From: Candidatus Roizmanbacteria bacterium
GTDB lineage: Bacteria > Patescibacteriota > Microgenomatia > UBA1406
Assembly (NCBI GenBank): GCA_024654535.1
Contig: JANLHL010000038.1
Span: 105,581 to 169,580, forward strand
Direction: 5' to 3'
DNA length: 64,000 nt
Part shown: positions 19,998 to 29,129 of the stretch, one piece after another
Position numbering within the stretch: the stretch's first letter is position 1
Layout: the number at the start of each line of letters is the position of its first letter
The notes under the pieces: model-generated
Told to the model about the DNA's origin: nothing
Databases searched by the model: none
Seen by the model: the letters and a program-made list of their open reading frames with translations, nothing else
Position numbers and translations under genes: made by a program

Positions 19998-20950
19998 CTC
20001 GTGTAAAATTTTTGTGTAAAATAGAGAATTGTTTTTTCCAATCCTTTAGCAATTGTAATAGTTGGTTGCCATGAAAGTTCATGCCTGGCTCTGGTAATGT
20101 CAGGTTTTCTTCTACGAGGATCATCCTCAACCGCAGGTTTATGTACGATGGTAGACGTTGTATTGGTCATTTTCTGTACCAGTAGTGCGATATCTCTGAT
20201 ACTTTGTTCATTTGGATTCCCAATATTGAAAATGAGCTCGGTTGAAGTTGTCTCCATTATTGCTATAAGTGCGTTTACAGTATCAGTTACAAAGCAGAAT
20301 GATCTTGTTTGTTGACCGTCTCCATGAATGGTTATAGGAATTTTAGCAAGGCTCTGCACAATAAAATTTGATATTACGCGCCCATCATTACGTTCCATGT
20401 TAGGACCGTAGGTATTGAACAAACGAGCAATTTTTACATCTATACCATGTTTGTGAATGAACGTATAACAGAGGGCTTCTGCAAAACGCTTTGCTTCATC
20501 GTAACATGAACGAGGTCCAAACGAGTTAACATTTCCCCAATAGGTCTCTTTTTGTGGATGTTCTAGTGGGTCTCCGTACACTTCTGATGTTGAAGTAAAA
20601 ACAACACGTTTGACGTCTGTTTCCTCTGCAAATACTAAAACATGTTTTGTGCCTTGAGAATTAACCATAAGTGTTTCCATGGGGTAATTTGCATATTGAA
20701 CGGGGGACGCGGGTGATGCTAGATGGAATATGCCATCTACATTTTTTGGTAATGCGTTGAATGTTTTAGGATCGCAAATATCTGCTTGTATAAAGTGGAA
20801 TCGTGAAGAATCAAGTAAATCTGCTAAATTATCTCTATTACCAGTAAGCAAATTATCAATTGCCCACAGAGTATGACCTTGATTTGATAATTCATGACAC
20901 AGATTTGAGCCTATAAATCCAGCAGCACCTGTAATGATGTAAGTGCTCAT
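19994..20950 (-). CDS. uxs: UDP-glucuronate decarboxylase (UDP-xylose synthase), SDR family
   Basis: Motifs TGAAGFIGSNL and YGDPLEHPQKETYWGNVNSFGPRSCYDEAKRFAEAL (the UXS-specific block), plus RLFNTYGP. Confidence 0.82.
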   Translation of the reverse strand: MSTYIITGAAGFIGSNLCHELSNQGHTLWAIDNLLTGNRDNLADLLDSSRFHFIQADICDPKTFNALPKNVDGIFHLASPASPVQYANYPMETLMVNSQGTKHVLVFAEETDVKRVVFTSTSEVYGDPLEHPQKETYWGNVNSFGPRSCYDEAKRFAEALCYTFIHKHGIDVKIARLFNTYGPNMERNDGRVISNFIVQSLAKIPITIHGDGQQTRSFCFVTDTVNALIAIMETTSTELIFNIGNPNEQSIRDIALLVQKMTNTTSTIVHKPAVEDDPRRRKPDITRARHELSWQPTITIAKGLEKTILYFTQKFYTR

Positions 20951-22242
20951 GTGTTCGTTCTGCCAACAGACATATAGGAGAATCCCAAGGTATTCATTGT
21001 TGAGGGATCGTATATATTACGTGCGTCAACTATATTTTTTTGTGCCATTTGCGCATATACTTTTTGCAAATCAACCTGTTTGAATTCATTCCATTCGGTA
21101 AGAATTAAAAGTAAATCAGCTTCCTTTACAGTTTCATAGGTTGAACTTGCGTACGCAATCCCACTTGGCAACAGTGCGCGAAATGTTGAAACTGCTTCAG
21201 GATCGTAGGCTGTGATTGTAAATCCTTTTTTCACGAGTTCAGATAGAATATAAAAAGCAGGGGCTTCTCTCACATCATCTGTATCAGGTTTGAATGCTAA
21301 TCCCCATACCGCTATTTTCTTAATATTTTTATGAGATACTACTTTGCTGACAACTTCTTCACGCATATGTTTATTAATTTGCTCAACAGATTGTAAAAGT
21401 GACATATCGACACCGTATTCGTGCCCCATATGGATGAGAGCTTTGACATCTTTGGGTAAGCAACTGCCTCCATAGCCTGCGCCAGGGTACAAATAGCGAG
21501 ATCCAATTCGATTATCCATTCCGACAGCGTTTAAAACTTCTTCAACATTTGCACCTGTTTTTTCGGCAAAAAGTGCGATCATATTTGCAAACGAAAGGCG
21601 AGTTGCGAGCATCGCATTTGAGGTGTACTTTATAAGTTCTGCAGAAGCGAGATTAGTGATTATTCGCTGACCCTTGAGTGGTTTATGAAGTTCGAGTAAT
21701 GTTTCTATAGCTTTTTGAGAGTTTGATCCAATGACAATTCTATCTGGAGACAATGTGTCTTGCAGTGCGGTCCCTTCACGTAAAAATTCTGGGCAAGACG
21801 CTACATCTATGCGCACGTCCTCGTTTTTAGTTTCTTCGATAATAGCCTGTACTTTTTTATTAGTACCTACGGGGACGGTACTTTTACACGACACTACTGT
21901 GTAGCCTTTTGATAGATGTGTACCGATTTCTTTTGCAACGTTCAATACTGCGGTGAGATCTGCCTGACCGTTTTGTTTTGGAGGTGTTCCTACAGCAATA
22001 AAGACTATATTTGAACCAGATAAACCTTCTTTGTAATCGAGAGTAAAATGCAATCTCTGTGCGTTAAGATTCTTTTTGAGCACCTCTTCCAATCCAGGTT
22101 CGTAAATAAGAGGAATCCCTCTTTTTAACTTATCCACTTTTTCTTGTGTGTGTCCTACAACCCAGACATCGTTTCCTAGATCTGCAAAAACACATGCAGT
22201 TACTAGTCCTACGTATCCGTGCCCAATAAACGTAATGCGCAT
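20947..22242 (-). CDS. ugd: UDP-glucose 6-dehydrogenase
   Basis: The ATG at 22242 gives MRITFIGHGYVGLV (Rossmann GxGxxG). Also GGSCLPKDV (catalytic Cys) and AFKPDTDDVREAP. The 12 extra N-terminal codons in the track look spurious. Confidence 0.9.
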   Translation of the reverse strand: MRITFIGHGYVGLVTACVFADLGNDVWVVGHTQEKVDKLKRGIPLIYEPGLEEVLKKNLNAQRLHFTLDYKEGLSGSNIVFIAVGTPPKQNGQADLTAVLNVAKEIGTHLSKGYTVVSCKSTVPVGTNKKVQAIIEETKNEDVRIDVASCPEFLREGTALQDTLSPDRIVIGSNSQKAIETLLELHKPLKGQRIITNLASAELIKYTSNAMLATRLSFANMIALFAEKTGANVEEVLNAVGMDNRIGSRYLYPGAGYGGSCLPKDVKALIHMGHEYGVDMSLLQSVEQINKHMREEVVSKVVSHKNIKKIAVWGLAFKPDTDDVREAPAFYILSELVKKGFTITAYDPEAVSTFRALLPSGIAYASSTYETVKEADLLLILTEWNEFKQVDLQKVYAQMAQKNIVDARNIYDPSTMNTLGFSYMSVGRTNT

Positions 22243-22390
22243 GTCAAGAATAATATACCATATGACAGATAAATGCAATGCAGTTACCTATGCACAAGTT
22301 TAGTATTTATGGGGATAGTGAAGGAGTTTTGTTATTTCCAAAACCCTTTTACGATTTCGAATTGAGCTTGTGAGTACAGTAAGTTTTCCC

Positions 22391-23224
22391 TTATGACTTA
22401 TCAAAAAACGAAGCTAATCCTTGCTCAAAAGTCTTCATCGTGTAAAAGGTATTTTTAGTACTTTGTATATTGGAATACTGCGGTCGTTTAGCTTTATTCT
22501 GAAAAAAATCTATGAAAGTAGTAGGTTCTATAAGACGTTCGTTCAATCCAAATGCTCGAGCAATTTGAATTGCTGCATTGTAGGGTGAAAGTGCATTAGC
22601 GCCGACGATATGGAATAGAGATGGAGAGAAATGCTCAATTAAATAGTGTAATGCATAGGCGATATCATCGATATAGGTCGGTGTTATTAACGAATCGTTT
22701 ACCATGCGTAGTGTATTTCCATCTTTTAAATGATCCTTGATTTTATGGACAAAATCTTTTTTCTCTAGTGAGTATTTTTTGTATGGATAGCTAATGCGTA
22801 CAATCATTGCATATTGTTCGACTATTTTTTCTGCTTCGTATTTTGTTGTTCCATATTCAGAGAGTGGATTAGGGGTAGCGCTTTCAGTTAAAGGTGGGTG
22901 TAGGCCATCAAAAACGAAGTCGGTTGATACATATATCATTTGTTTCTGTTGCTCGTATGCGATGGTAAATATATTTTTTGTTCCAATCACATTTACTTTG
23001 TAAGCGCTCTCTTGTTCGTGTTCTGCCTCATCAACCTTTGTATACGCAGCAAGGTGGAGAATAGTATCATATTCGAGACTTGTGAGCGCGTTTTTTACGT
23101 CTGTTGCATTGGTAATATCTACTATAGATTGCGAAAGTGGGATAAAATGAACCTTTTCATGCAAAAGTTCCACAATGCGTGAACCGACTAATCCAGTGGA
23201 GCCAGTAATAATAACTCTTTTCAT
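22391..23224 (-). CDS. rmlD: dTDP-4-dehydrorhamnose reductase
   Basis: 277 aa. Motifs ITGSTGLVGSRI, YVSTDFVFDG and YGTTKYEAEK. Last gene of the rml string. Confidence 0.8.
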   Translation of the reverse strand: MKRVIITGSTGLVGSRIVELLHEKVHFIPLSQSIVDITNATDVKNALTSLEYDTILHLAAYTKVDEAEHEQESAYKVNVIGTKNIFTIAYEQQKQMIYVSTDFVFDGLHPPLTESATPNPLSEYGTTKYEAEKIVEQYAMIVRISYPYKKYSLEKKDFVHKIKDHLKDGNTLRMVNDSLITPTYIDDIAYALHYLIEHFSPSLFHIVGANALSPYNAAIQIARAFGLNERLIEPTTFIDFFQNKAKRPQYSNIQSTKNTFYTMKTFEQGLASFFDKS

Positions 23225-24228
23225 GTACCGTACTGACGAAGGTAGTATTTTTTATACTCACCTGATTTTATATTTTTCCACCAATTTTTATTTTGTATAT
23301 ACCAAGTAATGGTTTTTTCAAGACCAGTTTCAAGAGTATGTTTTGGCTGCCAACCAATCTTATTTGTACTTGACGGGTCAATAGCATACCGATGGTCGTG
23401 ACCGGGACGATCTTTAACGAAGTCAATATACTCCTTGCCCTTATGCATAAGCACAAGTATTTTTTTCAAAAGATCCAGATTAGTTATACTCTTTGCCATG
23501 CCACCAACTAAATACGTTTTTCCTTCAACTCCTTTGTGCAAGATCATATCAATAGCTTCGCAGTGATCTTCCACATATAACCAATCGCGGATGTTAGCAC
23601 CATCTCCGTAGACGGGCACTTTTTCGCCTTCTAGAATATTGGTAATTGCGAGAGGAATGAATTTTTCTGGGAATTGATACGGGCCATAGTTATTAGAACA
23701 ATTAGATATGGTAATAGGGAGTCCGTATGTTGTGTGATATGCTCGAACCAGGTGGTCTGACCCTGCCTTACTTGCTGCGTACGGACTTCTCGGGTCATAT
23801 GGAGTATTAAGTGTAAATACGTCATCTGACATAATCGGGAGAGAGCCAAAGACTTCATCTGTTGATATATGATGAAAACGCGTTATCTTGTGTTTTAATG
23901 CGGCTTTCAATAGTACACCGGTCCCAAGTACATTCGTCGTTATAAATGGAGCAGGGTCGAGAATAGAGCGATCAACATGTGATTCTGCAGCAAAATGTAC
24001 AACCGTATCAACACCCTTCATATGACTATCTACAAATTCACTATCGAGAATATCGCCTTTTTCGAAGGAATAGTGTGGATTATTTTCGATACTTTTTAAG
24101 TTTTCTAAATTTCCCGCATAGGTCAGCTTATCGATGTTCACAACTGTATCCTGAGGATATTTTTTTACCCAATGCAGAATAAAATTTGAACCGATAAACC
24201 CACATCCACCAGTCACTAAAAGCTTCAT
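23221..24228 (-). CDS. rmlB: dTDP-glucose 4,6-dehydratase
   Basis: Motifs VTGGCGFIGSNF, HFAAESHVDRS, HISTDEVFG, YAASKAGSDHL and GHDHRYAID. Confidence 0.92.
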   Translation of the reverse strand: MKLLVTGGCGFIGSNFILHWVKKYPQDTVVNIDKLTYAGNLENLKSIENNPHYSFEKGDILDSEFVDSHMKGVDTVVHFAAESHVDRSILDPAPFITTNVLGTGVLLKAALKHKITRFHHISTDEVFGSLPIMSDDVFTLNTPYDPRSPYAASKAGSDHLVRAYHTTYGLPITISNCSNNYGPYQFPEKFIPLAITNILEGEKVPVYGDGANIRDWLYVEDHCEAIDMILHKGVEGKTYLVGGMAKSITNLDLLKKILVLMHKGKEYIDFVKDRPGHDHRYAIDPSSTNKIGWQPKHTLETGLEKTITWYIQNKNWWKNIKSGEYKKYYLRQYGT

Positions 24229-24704
24229 GTTCTTGGCGGATCTTGTAACCAGTCGTATCCAACTGTTATATCGTCATATGGGATGCGACCTTCTTCTTGA
24301 GGGTCGTATATTTTAGACGTTATATACATAAGCTCTGAGGGTCCTTGCAGTACTTTTACTCCGTGTGCCACATGATGGGGGATTTTTAATATAATATGAT
24401 CTGCATTTTCGCCCATAAAGAATTCGTTTGTCAAACCAAACGTCCCGCTATCTTTGCGGGTATCATAAAGCACTGCTTTCACTGTGCCTCGTGCTATATA
24501 CCACCAATCTATTTGTGTTTTGTGTATATGCCACGCCTTGATAACATTTTGATTCATGAGAGAGTGTGACCATTGGCCAAAACCTTCTTTAAAAAATGGA
24601 TCATCTGCACGGATAAACTCTTCAAAAAATCCACGTTCATCTTTGTGCTGTACAAGCTCTTTAACCATAACTCCTGAAATAAGTTTCTCGTTTTGTTTTG
24701 TCAT
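24225..24704 (-). CDS. rmlC: dTDP-4-dehydrorhamnose 3,5-epimerase (cupin, short form)
   Basis: 159 aa. Motifs HKDERGFFEE, WHIHKTQIDWWYIARG, LYDTRKDSGTFG. Sits between rmlA and rmlB. Confidence 0.75.
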   Translation of the reverse strand: MTKQNEKLISGVMVKELVQHKDERGFFEEFIRADDPFFKEGFGQWSHSLMNQNVIKAWHIHKTQIDWWYIARGTVKAVLYDTRKDSGTFGLTNEFFMGENADHIILKIPHHVAHGVKVLQGPSELMYITSKIYDPQEEGRIPYDDITVGYDWLQDPPRT

Positions 24705-25459
24705 GTGTTTTTAATTAACGTATCCGTTTGAGGACTAATTTTTTTTGCCCAATAAATATTTGCCATAAGTAACGTATCGAATGTGCCTGCATCTAACCAA
24801 TAACCGTTTAATTCGGCCCATCGCAGAGCACCCTTTTTTACATAGAAATTATTTACTTCGGTTATTTCAAGTTCTCCACGTCCCGCAGAGTTAGGATCGC
24901 ATTGCTTAATGTAATCAAAAACATTTTTGTCATACATATACAATCCTGTTACCGCATAATCTGAAGGTGGGTCTTTCGGTTTTTCTATAATTTCTGCTAT
25001 TTTTGAAGGGTCGTTTGCATCAAATCGTGGGACTCCAAATCTTGCAGGATCAGATACTTTTTTCAAAAAAACATACGCTCCACTTTCGAAAGAATTGACA
25101 GCCTGTGATATGTCCGCATCCGTTGTGTTGTCGCCAAGGATAACGGTAATGGGCTTATTGTCGGCAAAATCCTCTGCGAGAGATAGTGCGTCTGCTATAC
25201 CTCCTTTGGGATTTTCTTGATACGCGTACTCAAGATGTTTCAAGCCAAGCTCTTTTCCATTTTTAAGAATTTGAATAAACTGACCCGAATGTGGACCTGA
25301 GACAATAATCATAATCTCTGTTATACCTGCTTTTACCAATGTTTCTATTGGATAATAGATCATCGGCTTGCTATATATAGGCAATAAATGCTTATTTGTA
25401 GCATGTGTTAGGGGATAAAGTCGCGTTGCAAGTCCACCGGCAAGTATGACGCCTTTCAT
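24701..25459 (-). CDS. rmlA: glucose-1-phosphate thymidylyltransferase (short-form sugar nucleotidyltransferase)
   Basis: The ATG at 25459 gives MKGVILAGGLATRLYPLTHATNKHLLPIYSKPMIYYPIETL. The 39 extra codons in the track ORF (to 25576) overlap the next gene and look spurious. Confidence 0.8.
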   Translation of the reverse strand: MKGVILAGGLATRLYPLTHATNKHLLPIYSKPMIYYPIETLVKAGITEIMIIVSGPHSGQFIQILKNGKELGLKHLEYAYQENPKGGIADALSLAEDFADNKPITVILGDNTTDADISQAVNSFESGAYVFLKKVSDPARFGVPRFDANDPSKIAEIIEKPKDPPSDYAVTGLYMYDKNVFDYIKQCDPNSAGRGELEITEVNNFYVKKGALRWAELNGYWLDAGTFDTLLMANIYWAKKISPQTDTLIKNT

Positions 25460-25698
25460 AGAGATGTAATAAATAAAACTTGTAATGCTGCTACAGCTAT
25501 TGCAGCCAGCAAAAAGTATTCTAACACAATTTTTACCGAAAGTGTTTTTGTACGTGCGTGTACCGTGAGTGACCATACAACATAATATGCGGCATATAAG
25601 TACAGTGATACTTTTTTCGTTTGTGTAGGAGCAACAAATAGTACGATAATCTCAACAATTGTGATGAGCATAAGAAGTATAAAATCAATTTGTTTCAT
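25456..25698 (-). CDS. small 3-TM membrane protein, unknown function
   Basis: 80 aa with three hydrophobic segments. 4-nt overlaps with both neighbours fit a translationally coupled operon member. No recognisable motif. Confidence 0.4.
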   Translation of the reverse strand: MKQIDFILLMLITIVEIIVLFVAPTQTKKVSLYLYAAYYVVWSLTVHARTKTLSVKIVLEYFLLAAIAVAALQVLFITSL

Positions 25699-26558
25699 AT
25701 TATGGCACCTGTATTAATAACGAAAATTCCTACTATAACGACAAATAGGAAAATAATATGGAATACAGATTTACCTGTAGAGCGATACATTTTCTGCTTT
25801 TCAAATATATACATATCTATTGCTAGTGCACTTATAAGTACGGCAAGCACAAATAGCATAGCATTTCTACCCCAAACTGCAGTATTTATTAACTTTGTTT
25901 TCTGTACCGATGGTGCGCTATACGCATTGAGGGCATTTGATTTCTGTTGAGGGGCAGTATCTTTTATTGGAACATATGACGGATCGGGAGTAGCTAAAAG
26001 CTGCACGACTAATACGGTTGGTTTGCCTTGGAGAATACCTTCTTCTACTGCAAAACCAATTTCTGTATATTCCGATCGTAAAATATTTTCACGGTGTTTG
26101 GGTGACTGCATCCAGGCATGTACAACTTTTGAGCTGTCGCTAAAATCTTTTGCAAGATTTTCACCTGCATACAAATAGTGATAATCGTGTTTTGTAAAGA
26201 AATACCATGGAGAAGTACCTGTTGGGCTGTAATGATTCCAGTAATCGTGTGCGAACATGTCATGTGCTTTATCTGCAGCTGCCTCTGATAGTTGTTTGTT
26301 GAGCGTTAATGCACCAAGTCCATTTTGGGCGCGTTCTTTGTTTGTGTCTAGAAGTAATGCCTGTGTTTGAATATTAAGACTAGCACCCAAAACTTTGTGA
26401 AAAGATGTTGTTGCAGAGGTGCGAAAAATGAGTACAGTGATGAGTAGTAACCCCATGATGTATGTGAGCGAATCGTGATGGAGAACCTTTGCACGATAGT
26501 TATTTCCTTGGTGTGGTAAAAAAACGTGTTTTAAATACTTCATAATTGAGCGCATCAT
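25695..26558 (-). CDS. membrane-anchored CAP/SCP/PR1-like (YkwD-type) domain protein
   Basis: N-terminal TM helix, then NKERAQNGLGALTLNKQLSEAAADKAHDM...YAGENLAKDF...AWMQSPKHRENIL...YTEIGFAV (CAP domain blocks), then two C-terminal TM helices. Confidence 0.75.
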   Translation of the reverse strand: MMRSIMKYLKHVFLPHQGNNYRAKVLHHDSLTYIMGLLLITVLIFRTSATTSFHKVLGASLNIQTQALLLDTNKERAQNGLGALTLNKQLSEAAADKAHDMFAHDYWNHYSPTGTSPWYFFTKHDYHYLYAGENLAKDFSDSSKVVHAWMQSPKHRENILRSEYTEIGFAVEEGILQGKPTVLVVQLLATPDPSYVPIKDTAPQQKSNALNAYSAPSVQKTKLINTAVWGRNAMLFVLAVLISALAIDMYIFEKQKMYRSTGKSVFHIIFLFVVIVGIFVINTGAII

Positions 26559-26573
26559 GCAAACATTGTATAC

Positions 26574-27707
26574 TCATTTGCGCTTAAATTGCAGTGCAAA
26601 TAGACTACCCGAAACACACGAACTTGCACAGGAAAGCAGAGCAAAGAAATAAAAAAGAGAAGGTAATTGAGCTGTGCTTGCACCGAGTACATAGGGAGTA
26701 TTTGCCTGTTGGTTTGATTTTTTTACGTATTTGAGAGAGAGAGTGATCGCGGGATAACTATGATTTGAATTACGAGTGGAAATAGCTGGAGGCTCTTTAC
26801 TAGGAGTAGGTGATATTTTAGTCGCTATTGCCGTATCTACACTGATACAATCGTCATTTTCATATCCATGTGTTGCATTTGTAGTACACCATGCTCCGCT
26901 TACTTGTTTACTGATACTTTTATCTTCTTCAGAAGCGGTGTAGTTAATCGTGTCTACTTCTTGTTTGAGTGGATCGAGAAGCCGTACCGTGTCACCAGTG
27001 TTATTCAACATGGCACTTTTAAGTTGAACAGTAGCAAAACTTTTTTTTCCAATTGAAACAGAAAATAAGTAAGGACTTGAACCGGCGTTTTCAGCGTCAT
27101 CTATATACCAATTAGTGAGAGAAACATCAGTATCATTTCCATTGTATAGCTCTACCCATTCGGGTCCGTCTGACGGGTTGGGCATAAATTCATTCAGATA
27201 TATATTTTGTATTTGTATATAGGGAGTTGGTGTCGGTGTAAACATTTGTGTTGGGACTATGGTTGATAGTACCGTTGGTGTTGGAGAGGCTGTTATACAA
27301 GGGATATTTTCAGACCCTTGAGTGGCAGTTTGTACTGTCCAAAGTGTTTTTTCGCAGAACGTATAACTGTGAGTAGAGTCTATATTAGCTGGATAGATAA
27401 CTCGTTCCATTTCGTTACCAGAAGTAGTTTTGAGTATTACCGTATCGCCAGAATTATTGAGCACGCCGGATGATGTAGCTGTTATGTAGCTATGTACTTG
27501 GGCACTATTTGTAGCAAAAAAAAGTGTTTTGCCGGTCTCATCGGTGAGTTCAAAGTCAAGTAAATTTATTACTTGATCACTTTCATTGTACAGCTCTACC
27601 CACTCGAAATTACCTTGCGGAGGTGCCGGATATATCTCGTTTATTCGTAATGCATAGACGCTCTGATAAAGAGTGAAAAATAAAAAAATAAATACAACTG
27701 TTCGCAT
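26574..27707 (-). CDS. secreted/anchored protein with two lamin-tail domains (LTD)
   Basis: The ATG at 27707 gives the signal peptide MRTVVFIFLFFTLYQSVYA. Two LTD repeats: RINEIYPAPPQGNFEWVELYNESD...GDTVILK and YLNEFMPNPSDGPEWVELYNGND...GDTVRLLD. Thr/Pro linker and a C-terminal hydrophobic anchor. The track start at 27725 is TTG. Confidence 0.75.
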   Translation of the reverse strand: MRTVVFIFLFFTLYQSVYALRINEIYPAPPQGNFEWVELYNESDQVINLLDFELTDETGKTLFFATNSAQVHSYITATSSGVLNNSGDTVILKTTSGNEMERVIYPANIDSTHSYTFCEKTLWTVQTATQGSENIPCITASPTPTVLSTIVPTQMFTPTPTPYIQIQNIYLNEFMPNPSDGPEWVELYNGNDTDVSLTNWYIDDAENAGSSPYLFSVSIGKKSFATVQLKSAMLNNTGDTVRLLDPLKQEVDTINYTASEEDKSISKQVSGAWCTTNATHGYENDDCISVDTAIATKISPTPSKEPPAISTRNSNHSYPAITLSLKYVKKSNQQANTPYVLGASTAQLPSLFYFFALLSCASSCVSGSLFALQFKRK

Positions 27708-27877
27708 AGTAGAGAACAATAGCAAAGGAAAAGTAGTAATTTCAACGGACTATGGTCGACATAATTAACCCCTTCTCGGAAGGGCAAGCTCGCACTTTCG
27801 TGGAGGGGAACTTAAAAGGGTGAACTGTATTGTTTTAATTTGAATATACGTGGAGATAATAGGTGGGAAATGTTTTC

Positions 27878-29125
27878 CTATGTGATTATTTCAGCAGAAA
27901 AAATTTTATCTTTAGTATAGTGTTCCGAAAACTTAATATTAGGTCCGAATAACGGGTCATACATCATCCAGTCATCTCCATCAACTTTTTTTAATACTAT
28001 GAAATGTTGACCACCCCATGAAGGATAAAGCCCTACTATGACGGGTTCTCCACCGTCTAATTTATTATTAATATCAGAGGTTGAAATATTACCAGAAAAT
28101 GAAGAAAACCTACGGTGCCCTCCAGGTAAGTCAACGCTAAACTTCATATATGCAGTTGTACAGAGGTCAAAGTAGCACGAATTGGCAGCTATATCGGTCG
28201 GTGTAACATCAGTTCCTTTTGATTTCAAGACCATAGCTACAGAGGTAACGAGGCAGCCTACGCTTCCTATTGATTCGCTTGAGTTTCCAATATTAGTGTA
28301 AGCCCATCGCTCATCTCTCTGAGAGTAATAGCTACCGTCTCCTGTTCCGAGACTGTTAGCGCCAATTACTCCACCAACTCCAGAGTTAACGGCTGAGGTC
28401 TTGAATGCTGAAATCTGAGTTCTAGCTCTAGATAATATCTGCTGATATGTTTTTTCATCATTTTGAGTTTCAGAAAGTATCACTTCCTTATCACGTTGTT
28501 GTGCCGCAAGAGAAATCTTATAGCTCGCCAGCTGGTCGTTTAATATATTTAGTTCTGTTTCTTTTTCTTCGCGTAGCGTTTTTTGTTCATTGAAATTAAC
28601 CTTTGTATCTTGCAGACGAAGCAGAATATTGCGGTCGTTTTCCTGTGTACGTTTCAGATACTGTACAGACCTCAGAAGTGTCGTAAGGTTGTCAGAAGCG
28701 AGCGTTGAAAGCATAGGGTTTCTACGTTGGCGCTTATACATAGCCCGTATCTTATCTGTTGTGGTTTCGGATATATGAGTGAGGGTAGAATTCAGCTCAC
28801 CAATCCGTTCTCCGAGCGATGTGATTTCCTTTTTTATTCTTTCTACTGATTGTTGATTCTCTTGAATATTCAATTCGGTCAGATAAATTTGCGAATCCAT
28901 GTATTGAATTTGTTTCGTGAGTGTGTTTCTTTGTTGTCCAAGGTCATTTACCTGTTTTGTACACGCATCTATTATAGATTGTAGCTCTTCTTGACTTGCT
29001 GAATCCTTCCTTTCGCACACAACTCCCCATGTTTGTTTAGGGGTAAATAGGATGGAGAGGGTAAAAAAAATCGCTACCCATAAACCGAGAGTCGTGAACA
29101 ATTTCGAAGACGCATGGAACTTCAT
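27878..29125 (-). CDS. coiled-coil + C-terminal C39-like (papain-fold) cysteine peptidase; PcsB/EnvC-analogous putative FtsEX-controlled cell-wall hydrolase
   Basis: ATG at 29125 (MKFHASSKLFTTLGLWVAIFF, signal/TM); the track start is TTG at 29155. About 200 aa of heptad-rich sequence rich in Q/E/L/K. The C-terminal region YYSQRDERW...SVGCLVTSVAMVLKSKG...GGQHFIVLKK...MYDP matches the Cys/His/Asp pattern of Peptidase_C39_2. Lies directly downstream of ftsX. Confidence 0.6.
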   Translation of the reverse strand: MKFHASSKLFTTLGLWVAIFFTLSILFTPKQTWGVVCERKDSASQEELQSIIDACTKQVNDLGQQRNTLTKQIQYMDSQIYLTELNIQENQQSVERIKKEITSLGERIGELNSTLTHISETTTDKIRAMYKRQRRNPMLSTLASDNLTTLLRSVQYLKRTQENDRNILLRLQDTKVNFNEQKTLREEKETELNILNDQLASYKISLAAQQRDKEVILSETQNDEKTYQQILSRARTQISAFKTSAVNSGVGGVIGANSLGTGDGSYYSQRDERWAYTNIGNSSESIGSVGCLVTSVAMVLKSKGTDVTPTDIAANSCYFDLCTTAYMKFSVDLPGGHRRFSSFSGNISTSDINNKLDGGEPVIVGLYPSWGGQHFIVLKKVDGDDWMMYDPLFGPNIKFSEHYTKDKIFSAEIIT

Positions 29126-29129
29126 ATAC

